From: Eledone cirrhosa
Taxonomy: Eukaryota
Length of the DNA stretch: 64,000 bases
Direction: 5' to 3'
Assembly (NCBI GenBank): GCA_964016885.1
Contig: OZ024742.1
Coordinates: 95,790,001 to 95,854,000 of the forward strand
Shown: piece after piece, positions 13,050-26,694 of the stretch
Position numbering within the stretch: the first letter of the stretch is position 1
Layout: every line of letters starts with the position of its first letter
The notes under the pieces: generated by a model
Told to the model about the DNA's origin: nothing
The model's database searches: none
The model's input: the letters and a program-made list of their open reading frames with translations, nothing else
Made by a program: the position numbers and the translations under genes

Positions 13050-13585
13050 TGACAAAATAAAGGAAATCATAATTAACAGTTATATAGTAAAACAAAGTGA
13101 TAACATCAAGGGAAAAAATGAAAGCAAACTGTTTGGGCAGAAGCTGAGTACATAAAAGACCTGTATGATGATGAAAACTGACCAACTATGTTTAGTTTTA
13201 AAGCTTCTAATGAAAACAAAATCTTAAAAGAAGAAATGGAAAATGTAATAAACTCAGTAAAAAGTGGATAGGAAACAAGGTGAAATAACAATAGAAGCAA
13301 TAAAAACATTAGATAACCACAGCTTAGATCTAATAACAGATTTATGTAATGCAATATATCAGAGTGGACACCTACCATCCAAGATGAAACTATCTACTCG
13401 TATATGTGTTCTATTACCCAAAAAATCAAAAGCTGGAGCCTGCACAGAATTCAAACCATAAGCCTAATGACTCATGTGACTAAACTACAAATAGAAAATC
13501 ATTCAACAAAGAAATAAATTTAAAAAATAAGTCAACTGTAGAGTGTCTTGAGAACAGGGATGGAAACTCATGAAGGAATATATTT
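13050..13585 (+). mobile_element. decayed RTE-clade LINE fragment (RT N-terminal part)
   Basis: ITIEAIKTLD..LITDLCNAIYQSGHLP..LPKKSKAGACTEFKPISLMTHVTKL. Confidence 0.7.
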
Positions 13586-14124
13586 AATAAACTATAGAGT
13601 TTAGAGAGTTACTCCTATTGTTGACAACAAAATGTTGCTCCCTTTGTACAAAACGATGACTGTATGATGCTCATGTGTAAAGTGTAATGCTGCATTACTG
13701 TGACTGCAGTGGATATGTGTAGACTGATGAGAAATAAAGTAACCATGCATCATTAGATGTGCAATGTAAATGTGAGAGAGAGGTAAAACTTGGATAAGGT
13801 GAGGGAGAAACTAGATTTAAGAGGAATCTGAAATGGTGTACAGGAGAGAAGACAGTGTTGGTACAGACATGTGATGTACATGGATGATGATAATATAGTA
13901 AGATATTCAATAGTGAAAAAGTTGTAAAGATGATCAATTAAGTATCAGAACGTGTGCAGTGATAACAACATCTAAGTCATTAAAAAAATGTACTAGGAGC
14001 AAAAAGTACTTGGAAGAACTAAACAGGAAAATTCTTCTCCTCCTCCTCTTCCTCCACTTCGCCTCCTCCTCATCATATTCATCATCATCATCCCCCTCAT
14101 CTTCCTCTCTCTCTCCTCCTAATC

Positions 14125-14376
14125 TTCCTCTTTCCGCTCCTCATCTAATGATAATCATGCTAACACCAACAAAGGGACAGCTTTCTCAGACACCCCTTTT
14201 AGAGGTTCCTATCAGAAGCAACTTTCTCTAAATGATCTGGAAAGATCAACAAGTGAAACCAACTGGGTTCATGAATATTATCCAAACATCTTGCTCATGG
14301 TCTGCCTCTGGGTCACCTATTGTTTGATTTTGATCCCCAGATCTGTCCAGTGATTCTTTTCTTAAACATTCTAACC
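14125..14376 (-). mobile_element. RTE-like 3' end fragment, copy 1 of a local pair
   Basis: Minus-strand translation PRGRP*ARCLDNIH...LEKVASDRNL*KGCL; near-identical to 15344-15586. Confidence 0.6.
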
Positions 14377-15343
14377 ACTTGCCCATAGTACTAGGGCTAT
14401 GATCTCTTGATATGGAGATATAGTGGCTCTACTTGGAGAAATTCTCTGATTTCTAAGCTACACAACCTACTGAGTAACATTACTCCCAAAAATCTTTAGA
14501 CTAACTTCATTTTGGCTGCTTGTATGCAAGATCACATGCCTTCAATCATTTCTCAAGATTCATGACTATAGATAACAGTATACTTTAGTGCATCATCATC
14601 ATCATTATATGTTGACTTTTCATGTTGGCATGGGTCAAGATCTGAGTCAGTTCTTACTCAGAGTTACTGGCTTTTTGCAGAGGCTGGAGGAATGCATCTC
14701 ACTCACCAGTTTCATTTTTGATATGATTTCTAAGTCTAGATGTTCTTCCTAACAATAGCCACTTCATAGATTGTACTTGGTGTATTTTATACTAGTACTA
14801 GCACTAGAAAAGTTGTCATAACTTTGACTATGTATATTTGTATATGATTATCTGTGTATATCTATATTATGATATACCTAGTTATGTGTATGTATATACT
14901 TATCTGTATTTCATCTTTAAGAAAATCACAACAAAGGAGCAGGAAGGAGGTATGGGCAAAGATAGAATGTTTGATAGGAGCATTCTGTTATCTTAAATGA
15001 TTATAACCAATTCAGACAAGTACTCTCAGGTATGAGAAGAGGTATTTGTACAATAACTGCCCTGTAATGGTTCAAGAATGATATTATTCTTGTTGAGGAA
15101 ATATGAAGGAATGCAGGGAACTCCTCATATTTTCTCCGTGAGAAATTTCCGTAATGCTGACTTCAGAATAAAGCTAGTTCATATTCTTTTATTATTTTAT
15201 TGGTCTCAGTCACTAGACTGCAACCATGCTGGAGCAACACCCTCAAGGTATTTAGTCAATTATATCAACAATGATACTTTTTCTTTCAAGCTTGGTACTT
15301 ATTTCATAAATATTGTTTTTTTAAATACTTTTTTTGCTCTTTT

Positions 15344-15586
15344 TTCCTCTTTCCGCTCCTCATCCGATGATAATGATGCTATCACCAACAAAGCGACAGA
15401 CACCCCTTTTACAGGTTCCTATCAGAAGCAACTCTCTTTAAATAATCTGGAAGGATCAACAAGTGAAATCAACTGGGTTCATGAATGTTATCCAAACATC
15501 TTGCTGATGGTCTGCCTCTGGGTCACCTATTGTTTGATTTTGATCCCCAAATCTGTCCAGTAATTATTTTCTTAAACATTCTAACC
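15344..15586 (-). mobile_element. RTE-like 3' end fragment, copy 2 of a local pair
   Basis: Direct repeat of 14125-14376 with the same right-hand breakpoint (CTTAAACATTCTAACC). Confidence 0.6.
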
Positions 15587-16051
15587 GCTGTACCATTTTA
15601 CATTAACCTTCACTGCTGAGGGTTTCATCATTCCATATGACCCTTTACACATCTACTGCGTATACCATGGGCTTTCACTCAGTTTCAATCATCTAAATTT
15701 CACTCACAAACCATTTGGCAATCCGAGATTATGCTGTTAGATACTTGTTGAAAGTGTCACTCAGTGGAATTAAAAACCATATGATTGCAAAAGGAACTTT
15801 TAATAGCACAACGATGCTTGAGCTTTGTTGATGTTTAGCCTCAGGCCATCTCTGATAGAGAAGACTTCTAAAAAACATTTCGTCTATGACCCTCCCATAT
15901 TTTTAGAGTTATTTAAGATGGTACCATCCACTGTGTTTACTAAGTTTTCATGTCAGAAGAGTGTGATATGAAGGAGACTTAACTGTTATTTCTATTAACA
16001 AGATTGGCTCTACTGCATAACAGCTACCTTGTTGACTCATACTTCATCTGT

Positions 16052-16267
16052 TTAACCCTTTCATTACTATATTTCTAATGAAGAATACTGTCTATGGCTT
16101 TCAAATAATTTTGAAAATAATCCTGTTTGAATGACTAGTGATTTGGAAAATAACTGAAAAAAAGGTTCTTGCATTGAATTATAGTAGACGGATTTTTAAT
16201 AAATATAAACAGCTTTGTATCATAGAACTATGTGTGGTTTCAGGCAGTTTCATGCCAACATGGTTAA
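16052..16267. mobile_element. piggyBac-like MITE remnant
   Basis: Bounded by TTAA-CCCTTT ... ATGG-TTAA; degenerate TIRs. Confidence 0.4.
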
Positions 16268-16904
16268 ATAATTCAATTTTCAAGTTACATATGAAATCAG
16301 TGAAAATGAAATAGGATCAACTCATTATGGGATTTTCATGCATTTATATTAAATTAAATATTAACACTTGAGGAAGAAACTGAGATAAAACCTGAAATAT
16401 AAGAGGGTACCACATTGATTGACGTGTATAATTTTGTGGATAATGTTCACTACATGGCTTCTTTCCAAAATACTCAAGGTATTTCCAACTGAGTTACCTG
16501 ATAAAGATGAGTGGAGGGAATAGTGGATTTGGTTTCACTCATCAAGATGTGAGCAAGTATGCTTGTGGTTAAGCCACAAAATTTATTTTACAACAACATG
16601 GTAGTGAGTTCAATCCAGCAGCGCAGAATTTCAGGAAAGTGTTTCTGTTATAGATTTGGCTTGACCAAATCATTGTGAGTGAAATTTAGTGGGCAGAAAT
16701 TACTGTGTAGAAAACTATGAAAGGGATTGTTTCTTCTTTAGGGTGTTACACTTAATCTCTCACTTGGTTTAACAACACTACTTGACCCATGGGTATTTTT
16801 TGTAGAGCCCACTCTGTTGCAATTATTCAGACCATACCTATCTTGTGACGATAACTTCTCTTCTTTCTCTACCAATTTCAGAGGCTCTGAAAACAGTCAT
16901 GGGA

Positions 16905-17735
16905 GCTAGCCATCTTTTCTTTATTTCTTAGTCTTAGTCTCAGGTCCTCATATGCACTGGAGCATATTGGGCAGTGAGTCTTCTCCAATTCTAATGATCA
17001 GCTGCAGCATCTTGCATAGTTTCCCAGTCTGGTCCAAACCTCTGAAGATCTTTCAAAGTTGAGCACCAGGTTTTCTTGGGTTTCCCTTTTTTCCAAATGC
17101 CACCGAATGGGATCCATCTCAATGTCACTGGGAAGTTCTGGTACTCAGACATGCATAGAATGTGTCCAACCAGTTTCAGGCACCTTTCAGCGATGATGAC
17201 AGCCAGTAGCCTCTGTTTACAACACCTCTACATTACTAATCTGGTCACAATAAATAATTTTCAGGATTTTGTTAGGCATCTTTGTTGGAAAACATTGAGC
17301 TTCATTAGAATTTTGGTAATCATTTTCCAGGTTTCACTAATGTATAAAGCAATTGTGATTATAATGCTCTTGAAGAGCTGCAGTTTAATGGGCATGGGGA
17401 TTATTTGTGATGACCAAATGCTTCTCATGCGCTGAAATGCATTTCAAATTCTGCAGATTACATCAAGTTTAGTGAAACCTTCATTGGAGATTATGCTGCC
17501 CAAATAGGTGAATTGGTTGACCTCTTCTATTCCCTGTCTTTCAATATGCACTTTCTCAGCAATTTTTCTGTCAACTTGCATCATTTTGGTCTTTTCTCTG
17601 TTAATTCCGAGTCAAATTTTTGCTACAGACTCTTCTAACTGTGTTATTGTTTGAATTTGTCCAACGTGGTTCCCCCAATAGCATCAAATCATCATTGAAA
17701 TCAAAATCTGTCAGTTTCTTAGAATCAGTCCATTT
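16905..17735 (-). mobile_element. decayed RTE-clade LINE 3' part
   Basis: Minus translation DFNDDL..INREKTKMM..IEEVNQFTYLGSII..IKLQLFKSIII.IALYISETW. Confidence 0.75.
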
Positions 17736-18855
17736 TTTTATAAATCCTTAAAATAAATAAATGCCAAAAAATCCATAGCATTTCAGTTCAAATTCAAATT
17801 AAGCGTTTTGATGTGCCTCTCACTAGAACATTTAATTCTATGTGATTTTCCAATTGTATAATGCAGACATATCTGGAAATATTACTTTCAACCATATTGC
17901 TTTAAATGAAAAGAATCAAAAGTAATGAAGACTCTTTAGTCATTCATGCAACAGAGCAATCTCATTAATGCTGGTGGCACAATAAATGCATCTAGTTCAC
18001 ACCGTAAAGTTGTTGGTATTAAGAAGGACATCCATACATACTGACCATGCCATGAATTAAGTGTAACAGTAAGATGTATTCCTCCAGTAGATATGAAAGG
18101 GCAGTAACTCTGAATGAAACTAATCTGGACTGTGATGACCTATTCAACCCTTGCTAGCATGATTATAATGTAATGGTGGTGGTGGTGTTGTTAGATAGAT
18201 TGGTGGCTTGTCCAAAAAGAGTATTTAACTATCATGCCCATTGCAGTATGACAGCAGAACTGAACACCAGTTCTTGATAGCTCATTCGTTCATTAAAGAC
18301 TCGCTGTTAAGAACTTAAGAACAAACATTTGTGGTCATTTTATTTATTAAAGTGAGGATTAAACTTGCTAGCCCTATGACAGTCTTTGTACTCATCATGG
18401 AGTCCTTTTGAGACAATCTTTTCCAATGAATACCTTTCCTGGTGCCAACCCTTATAGTCACATCTTAAAGCATGCAGGTTACATTCTAAATTGAATGCAT
18501 GGGATGGTCCCATAATTCCCATGGGCATTGAAGGGTGCTGTATTGACATTCACCATCCCTAGGTATTTAAAGCCTGGTGAAACCCATCTCTGCTCTAGGT
18601 CTGAATACAGCAGATTTCTTCCAGATATGATAGGCTGAGAGAATCGAAGTAAGAAAGAGATATAGAGGAAGAGTTGACCCCAGTACTATACTGATACTTT
18701 TTTTTATTGATCTCAAATGGATGAAAGTCAAAGTTGACCTCGTGGTATTTGCACAACTTTAATGTTGCAAGAAATTGAGGATAAATTTCTCTTTTGCACA
18801 TAAGCTCTGAGGTCCTGAAAAGATCACAGGCATTGTGTTTTTTTCTCTGATTAAG

Positions 18856-19548
18856 CTAAAATAAATAATTGTTTCTACTTTTTGGCACAAAGTCAGCAAT
18901 TACCCAATGCATTACTGGTACTTATTTTATCGAGCCCGTAAGGATGAAAGGCAAAGTTAACCTCAGCAGGATTTGAACTGAGACCATAAATTGCTGTAAC
19001 CCTTTGCTACAAAGCATGGCGTCAGACCCTCTACCGATACTGCCAATCCACTGCTAAAATAAAGTTAAAATAATGCTAAAATTAAGCTAAAATAAATAAG
19101 TTTCTACTTTTGGCACAGGGCCAGCATTTAACCAGTATATTACTAGTACTTTAAGCTAAAATAAATAATTGTTTCTACAATAGGCACAAGGCCAGCAATT
19201 ATCCCAGTGTATTACTGGTACTTTATTTTATCGACCCCAGTTAGGATGAAAGGCAAAGTTAACCTCGACGGGATTTGAACTCAGAATGGCAAGGGCTGTA
19301 ACTCTATGCCTCAAAGCATGGCGTACAACCCTCTAGCTAAAATAAATAATTGTTTCTACTTTTGGCACAAGGCCAGCAATTACCCAGTGCATTACTGGTA
19401 CTTTATTTTATCAATTCCGTAAGGATGAAAGGCAAAGTAAACCTCGGCGGGATTTGAACTCAGATCGTAAAGGGACGTAACTATGCTGGAAAGCATGGCA
19501 TCCGACCCTCTACCGATACTGCCAATCCACCGCCCTAAAATAAATAAT
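18856..19548 (-). mobile_element. array of four SINE family A copies, each bounded by CTAAAATAAATAA(T)
   Basis: Copies at 18870-19054, 19100-19152, 19170-19335 and 19351-19534. tRNA-like head GGCGGTGGATTGGCAGTATCGG...GAGTTCAAATCC on the minus strand; Nin/Deu-like core GCCTTTCATCCTTACGGGGTCGATAAAATAAAGTACCAG. Confidence 0.92.
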
Positions 19549-20171
19549 GATCTACTTTTAGAAACACTGAAGTGCCAATGCTTTTCCATCCAATTGATTT
19601 TATATGATATTTGTTATATTATTTTACATAGTCAAAATATTACGTATATTGAAGTTTCTAACTCTAGGTTCAATAAACATAATAAACAAAATGTATTATC
19701 TGTGATTTATCTGTGATAAACTGATAATAAATGAATCTGGTAGAAATTGAACTCTCAAATAACAGACATGAAACTCAATACATCAATAATGAAATAAGAA
19801 ATATATAAACTTAGCTAGTTGCACTAATTTTCTCATTGAAGAAAAAATGCTGGTGGTAATGGGGATGGTGATATTGGTGATGATAATTATGATATTGATG
19901 ATGATGATGATGATGATAATAAGATAGAGTTGGAAGATGAAAAATTGAAATAATTTTAATGATATTTTTTCTTATTATTAATTTCATTTATAAAAACAAC
20001 AATATCAACAAAAAGAAATAAACCAAAAATATGAGAGAAAATACAACACTTTTAATGTCTTGAATAAAAATCTGCTAATTTAATTTAAAGAGGTGGGCCG
20101 TTGTTGACTACCCTAGCTTATTAAATTCACCGTCATGGACAGTGTTCATAGCATCAATTTCCCTCTGTTTT

Positions 20172-20213
<42 letters not shown>

Positions 20214-20570
20214 AATGAAAAGAAAAATACAGCAAACAGTAATGGAAGAACTGCAGAAAATATAATCGCAAATTAATTGTTATATATGCATAAAAATACT
20301 GAAATCAAATTACTTTTTCTTGGCAAATATGAATAAATATGAAGGAAGAATTTTTCTCGTTGTTTTAAATATAATTAAGATCAGTTATTGGGTTTCTGTT
20401 CAGAGGACTGTTGTTATAGCAAATAAAGTTTTTCAGAGGTTTTGTTTGTTTTGTTGTTCATGTTTCATATTTCTATTAGTTAATATATACTAAATCTGAG
20501 TCTGTGCCTGTTTTTGTTTGTGTTTCTACTGTATGTATTGGTTGTTCTCATCTACTTCATTCTGCATAAC

Positions 20571-20623
<53 letters not shown>

Positions 20624-20671
20624 GTATTATGTATATATTTATATATGATGATGATGATGATATATATAAAA

Positions 20672-20709
<38 letters not shown>

Positions 20710-21247
20710 GAATGTGTGTATATGTATGTATATAGATAGATTGATTGATAAATAGATGTGTGAGTGAGAAGCAGATACATTAAAAAATCCTATTATATAC
20801 ATCCTCAAGACTGAAGTTTAAATAGACAAAATAAAAATAGAAAAATCTGTTGGCACTACTACTACTCCTCCACAGAAATACCATAAAATGTTCATACTCC
20901 ATGACATCAAACTTATTCTGAAATATATTTTGTATTGGCATTGTTCAATTAAATTAGAGACACAATGTAAGTCCTGTCCCCAATTACAAAGGATTTAATT
21001 CAAGAAAGGCCCTTTTATTTTGAAATGATCAGTTAAGTACACATTATATAAATGCTCTATTACAATGACAAGAAACAAAAAAGTTATATTGGTTATACAG
21101 CTAATTATTTTTAATTGAGATTTTACTCAAATGCTCTTTTATATTTAACTCTGCGAAAGAATTCAACCTCCTTATAAGCTTTTATCTATAAATTGAAAGA
21201 AAGGCTTACATTCTATTATGTAGAATGGAATTGTAAAGAATACTCAC

Positions 21248-21331
21248 CCATATAGGGAAAGAGTTAAGCTTGCAATGTTTGTAACACGCTCAAGGTGTTC
21301 TAATTCTATCATTGCTATAAACTGAACATTT
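21248..21331 (-). other. possible 84-bp host exon (phase 2-2)
   Basis: ...TATCACAG | open frame KCSVIAMIELEHLERVTNIASLTLSLY | GTGAGTA, in unique non-repeat DNA; protein not recognised. Confidence 0.25.
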
Positions 21332-21550
21332 ACTGTGATATATAAATAAATATAAATCTGCCTTCTTAATACTTCCACTACTTCATATTCAACATCACTA
21401 TTATCTATTTACCTATCTGTTTTTCAAAATTGTAATTTCATAATATTTTATATGATATTATGGATGTATTATTATAATTGTGTTTATATATATATATATA
21501 TATATATCATCACCATTTTACGTCCGTTCTTCCACGCTAGCATGGGTTAG

Positions 21551-21602
<52 letters not shown>

Positions 21603-21604
<2 letters not shown>

Positions 21605-22392
21605 CAGCGATGTTACATGGCAGTGAGACATGGACAGTGTGTGCAAAGGATCTACGTAGACTGGAGAGGAACGAAGCTTGCATGCTCCGTTGGATGTGTA
21701 ATATTAATATATGTGAACGGCAAAGCATAAATGAACTAAGTGAGAAATTAGGAATAAGAGGGATCAGATGCTGTTTACTCGAGAGGAGACCTCGCTGGTA
21801 TGGTCACGTGAGGCGCATGAAAGATGACAGCTGTATAAAAAAGTGCAGGGCGATCAAAATAGACGGTAGCCACGGAGTAGGCAGACCCAGAAAAACCTGG
21901 GACGACTTGATAAATTCCGACCTCACACACTTACACCTCTCCAAGACAATGTCACTGGACTGAGATCTTTGGCGCTATGCAGTAATACAGAAGATCCGCC
22001 TTACCTAGGTACAAAGCGTAACCTACAGTCAGTAGGCACCTCTTAACCAAAATACAGCCGTCCCACAACCCCCACCCCACCCCCATCTACACCACCCCTT
22101 TCGATGTAAAGTTATGTTGGTACCACAACATCCAGTCCTAAATAAATGAGGTTGTGTAGGTGTCACAACAAAAAAACACACAGTCCACGCTGTAATGTGG
22201 TCGTGTAGGTAACACAGTAAAAACCCCCCCAGTCCACACTGTAAACGTGGTTGGTGTTAGGAAGGGCATCCAGCTGTAGAAAACCCGCCAGACAGTCCTA
22301 TACGAGCAAGACAACCAATCTTGCCTCAAGTGGGACAATTCCCGTCCAAACCCATGCTAGAGTGGAAGATGGACGTTAAACGATGATGATGG
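21603..22392 (+). mobile_element. RTE LINE 3' end with 3' UTR and (GAT)n tail
   Basis: MLHGSETW..LRWMCN..RWYGHV.R..GRPRKTW. The tail GGTTGGTGTTAGGAAGGGCATCCAGCTGTAGAA...GGACGTTAAACGATGATG is shared with SINE family B. Confidence 0.88.
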
Positions 22393-22934
22393 TGTGTGTG
22401 TGTGTGTGTTAAGATAAATTTGAGTACAAACTATATTGGGAACTCTCGTTTATACTATACTTTTAGTGTAATCTGTTCCCTATATAAAATCTGGGTACAA
22501 TTATTCTAACAATGTATTATTCCAGGTACTTACCTTCCTCTAGCATCATGTGCATTAGATATTTACTGTTCATTGTATGCTAGCTTGTAGTTTAATTTGT
22601 AAAATTGCAGATAAAATATTGTCTTGTATATATTAAAATTTGTTTAATATAGTCTATAAATAAAATGAGAGATCAGCGCACTTAATTACTGGAGTTTCCC
22701 CTCAATTGTTTTTTGTGTCTTTATTTCTGCATACATTTGTTTTACTACATCTATCTCTTATTTCTTTATGAATTAGCAGTAAGACACAGGGTCGATTTAA
22801 TCAACTTTCTCCTCCTCAAATATTGTTAGTCTTGTGCCTAAATCAGAAACAATTATTACCTTATAAGGTGGATTGGCAGAAATGTTTGTATCATGCAAAA
22901 TGCTTTGTGGTATTTAGTTATTGTCATCATCATC

Positions 22935-23825
22935 TTGGCATGCTGGTTGCATGGTTTGTCATGATCCTCCTTCTCTATCTGTCTTGGTCATCCATTGCTC
23001 ATTGCAGGCCCTCTAAATTTCACTCAGCATCCTCACATAGCTGTTTGATGTAGATTCTGTGAGATAGGCTCACAATGGTAGGCCCATGCTTTGGTGTCCA
23101 TAACAACAATTCACTGATTTCTTCTTTTGTTCCCCAGCAAGTCCTGTGAATCTGGTTTGTCTTTCTCAAATGGTATTAGAGATTGCAGTTAGATGGTCAT
23201 AGAGATGCTTTTTTGAGGAGTGTTACTTCTTGGATATGTTTACAGTCACTCTGAGCATTTTTGTATACGTTTTAGCAAATTTATTCTTGAGTTGCTTACT
23301 GTGTCCAAGTAGTACACCCATACATAGTACTGACTCCACTGTCGCTTGGAAGAATTTGTGTTTCAATTTTATTGGAGCTTTGATTTCCAAATTGTAATCA
23401 GTTAATCTAAGGCATCTCAAGCTTTACCAATGCATATGTTTACATTGCTTTCAGTGAGACCATTTTTGAGATCTTGCTTCCAAGGTAAGAAAACTGGTAA
23501 ATGTCCTTCAATGGTTAACTAGCTAGTTAATTTATACTGCTTATCATGCTTATAACATATGTATTTTTTCTTGTCCACATTCACATAAAGTCTGATACAC
23601 CTGGCTGCTCTCACTCCAAACTATGTAGTAAGAATTCTCCTTCATGTGATGTATTTGGCATCATTGCAGGGTTTTCTAACTAGCATCCATAATGTTTTCA
23701 GCTGGTTAGTGTTTACATCATTTCACTGTTTTCAGAGTGAAGCCATTCTCTTTCGTTTTGTCAACTGATGTTCAGATAAATTACAAATAGGTAAGGCCCC
23801 AATGTATCACCCTGCAGCAGATGTT
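22935..23825 (-). mobile_element. decayed RTE-like LINE fragment
   Basis: IKLKHKFFQATVESVL...YTKMLRV in ORF 23223-23420; LQGDTL.PYLFVI-like RT motif near 23790. Confidence 0.6.
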
Positions 23826-24685
23826 CTTAATCCTGATTTTTCAACTATTATTTATAGTGAGCAACTATTAAAATAATTATTGGCAAAGGAATTGCTTTAT
23901 TTTCAAATTTCTTTATATTTTTACATAGAATTATATGCACAGATTATTGTTCACTTTTTATGATATTTCAAATTGATATATAATGATAAACATCAACGCT
24001 GCACATGTATGTGTGGAATATTTGTTGCAGAATTATATAATGTATACAGTTCTTATGTTGCATGTGTATATGCAGTTAGAACCTCATAATTTATTGCTTG
24101 TTTTTTTTATTTTTAGTGATTAAGATTATTATGTATATACACTTCAATTAATGTTAAACAATGATACCCACCTTCATAATTCTTGACTCTAAGACAAATG
24201 TATTAAGCATTAATACAATTGCAAATATATCTCTTTTAGTATGGCTTTTACTCAGCATATATGTGTGATATTAATTTCAATACTGTCTATTGTAATTATA
24301 AATTCTAAGTATTAATTTCATGCTTCCATTTAGATTCTCAGTTATATAATTTCCTCCTGCCATTGATACTTATACTAACTAACCAGTATTAAATATACAT
24401 TTGTAGATTTAGTTTCTTATATAAATATTTTCTATCAAATAAAAGTCTATGAAAATGTATCAAATTTAGAAAATAACTACGTTTTCCATATTATTATATA
24501 TAGAATAATGATTATTTGTTATAAATAATTTGTTCTACCCTGTGGATAGAAAATGGTGATGAGGTAGGTGGATTAGATATTTTACTAGCTAAGAATTGAA
24601 TAGATAAGTTAAGAGAGACAGTTAAAGTAACAGACATAATTATCAAGCTCATATGCAATAGAATCATAATGGTTATTTCTATTTA

Positions 24686-24903
24686 CCATATGTACTCGAA
24701 TATAAGCCGAGGAATATGTGACCCCAAAAAAAAATCGATGATAGAAGAGGTAGGGGGTCGACTTATATTCCGGATCAATATTTTGATGATTTTCACTAAG
24801 TTCAAATTCTATGTAAATAAAGTTTTGATTTTTGCCCATTTCTCAGGCATAAAATAGAGGAGTTAGCTTGTATTTGTATTGGCTTATATTCGAGTATATA
24901 CTG
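24686..24903. mobile_element. Tc1/mariner-pogo-type MITE
   Basis: TIRs CCATATGTACTCGAATATAAGCCGA / TTGGCTTATATTCGAGTATATACTG, flanked by TA on both sides. Confidence 0.85.
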
Positions 24904-25263
24904 TATGCCTCACAATCAGGCCTAAGTAAAGAAAAAAAAGAATCATTTCTATGAGGACCCCTTACAGATGACATCAACAACAGGTGTATACATTATACAT
25001 ATTTTTTTTTAGTTTTGTCTGAATCTAAATAGAAATATAGTAGATTAAATTTTATCTTACATATACTTTTGAAATAAAGAAATGCAATTGTCAGATTGGT
25101 TAGGAATATATATGAATGTATGTTAAATTTACTTAGATGTTTGACCATTCAAAAATGTAACTGTTTCAATGCATGATATAACTAATTTGATCTCAGATCA
25201 TATATGAGATGTATTGATAGACTTTTGTTCTTGTAAAGTCAAATTTTTTTAATAAGAGTAATT

Positions 25264-25566
25264 ATGTATAGTCATGAGTTTGAAGTGCAGGTGGGAGTCC
25301 ACCAGGGATCAGTCCTCAGTCCACTTCTATTTATCATTATACTTCAGGCCATCACTGAGGAGTTTAAGACTGGTGCTCCATGGCAGCTATGCTATGCTGA
25401 TGGCCTAGTCCCTGTGGCTGAGTCCGTAGGAGAGTTAGAAGCAAAATTTCAAGCAAGGAAGAAGAACCTAGAGCTGAAAGGCCTAAAAATAAATATAAGG
25501 AAGAAGAAAATCTTAATAAGTAGAAAAGAAGACAGAAAAGTGAAATCATCAGGAAAGTGGCCGTGA
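25264..25566 (+). mobile_element. RTE LINE RT fragment
   Basis: VGVHQGSVLSPLLFIIIL..LCYADGLV..GLKIN. Confidence 0.85.
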
Positions 25567-25906
25567 AGAGAGTGAATTTTGTCTGGTGGTATATTGGGAG
25601 TCATGTCTGACTTTCTATGCTTTTGTGGGTTGGACAAGGGAGTGAGTCAAGTATTTGGGTATGAGTAGAGGCCACATTTTTCTTCCATGCTAGCATGGGT
25701 TATGCAGGGAAATGGATTGGGGATGTTGTAAAGTGGACAGGGGAGGGACACAATATGGATGGCTGTGGAAGCACTTCTTTTTCTTTCTGTGCTGGTATCA
25801 ATTAGATAATGGAAATGGGGTGAACTATGTGGCTGGACCATTCTACCTCTCTCTTTCTTGCTCCCAAAATACATATATATTGATATATACATATATATAT
25901 ATATAT

Positions 25907-26253
25907 GGAGGCACATGGCTTAGTGGTTAGAGCATTGGCCTTGCAATCGAAAGGTTGTGAGTTAAATTATCAGACCGGGTGATGTGTTGTTTCCTTGAGC
26001 AAGACACTTTATTTCACATTGCTCCAGTTTACTCAGCTGTAGAAATGAGATGATAGGGACTGGGGTCCATATCATTCCACTGCAAAGTGGTTTGGAGGTG
26101 CCACAGCAAAAAAGCACCCAGCACCCACTGTAAATGAGGTTGGTGTTAGGAAGGGCATCCAGCTGTAGAAATCAAGCCAGAATCAGTTCCCATCCCACCC
26201 TTGCAAGCAGGGAAAAGCGGATGTAAAATGATGATGATGATGATGATGATGAT
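25907..26253 (+). mobile_element. tRNA-derived SINE family B, full length, RTE-type tail
   Basis: A box TGGCTTAGTGG, B-box-like GAGTTAAATT, CORE-like TCCTTGAGCAAGACACTT, RTE tail and (GAT)n; follows (TA)n; paralog at 41682. Confidence 0.88.
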
Positions 26254-26310
26254 TTGTGAGTGAATAATAATAACAATATAATAAAATCATAACATAATTA
26301 ATGTGAATTG

Positions 26311-26694
26311 ACGGTGGGGGATTGGCAGTATCGGTAGAGGGTCGGACGCCATGCTTTGACGCATAGAGTTACTGCCCTTGCCATTCTGAGTTCAAATCCC
26401 GCCAAGGTTAACTTTGCCTTTCATCCTTACGGGGTCGATAAAATAAAGTACCAGTAATACACTGGGTAATTGCTAGCCTTGTGCCAAAAGTAGAAACAAT
26501 TATTAATGTGGATTGGCAGTATCGGTAGGGCATCAGACAACATGTTTGCAGCCTAGAGTTATGGCCCTTTACTTTCTGAGTTCAAATCCCACCAAGGTTA
26601 ACTTTGCCTTTCATCCTTACAGGGTCGATAAAATAAAGCACCAGTAATGAACTGGGTAATTGCTGGCTTTGTGCCAAAAATAGAAACAATTATT
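26311..26694 (+). mobile_element. two tandem SINE family A copies
   Basis: Two consensus-like units ending GTAGAAACAATTATT. Confidence 0.9.

Noticed and set aside
18856-19548. CRISPR-like repeat-spacer appearance
   Set aside because: The spacers are homologous SINE copies, the DNA is eukaryotic, and no cas genes are present.
25907-25985. tRNA genes here, at 41682, or in SINE A heads
   Set aside because: A/B boxes run directly into SINE bodies and no complete cloverleaf forms.
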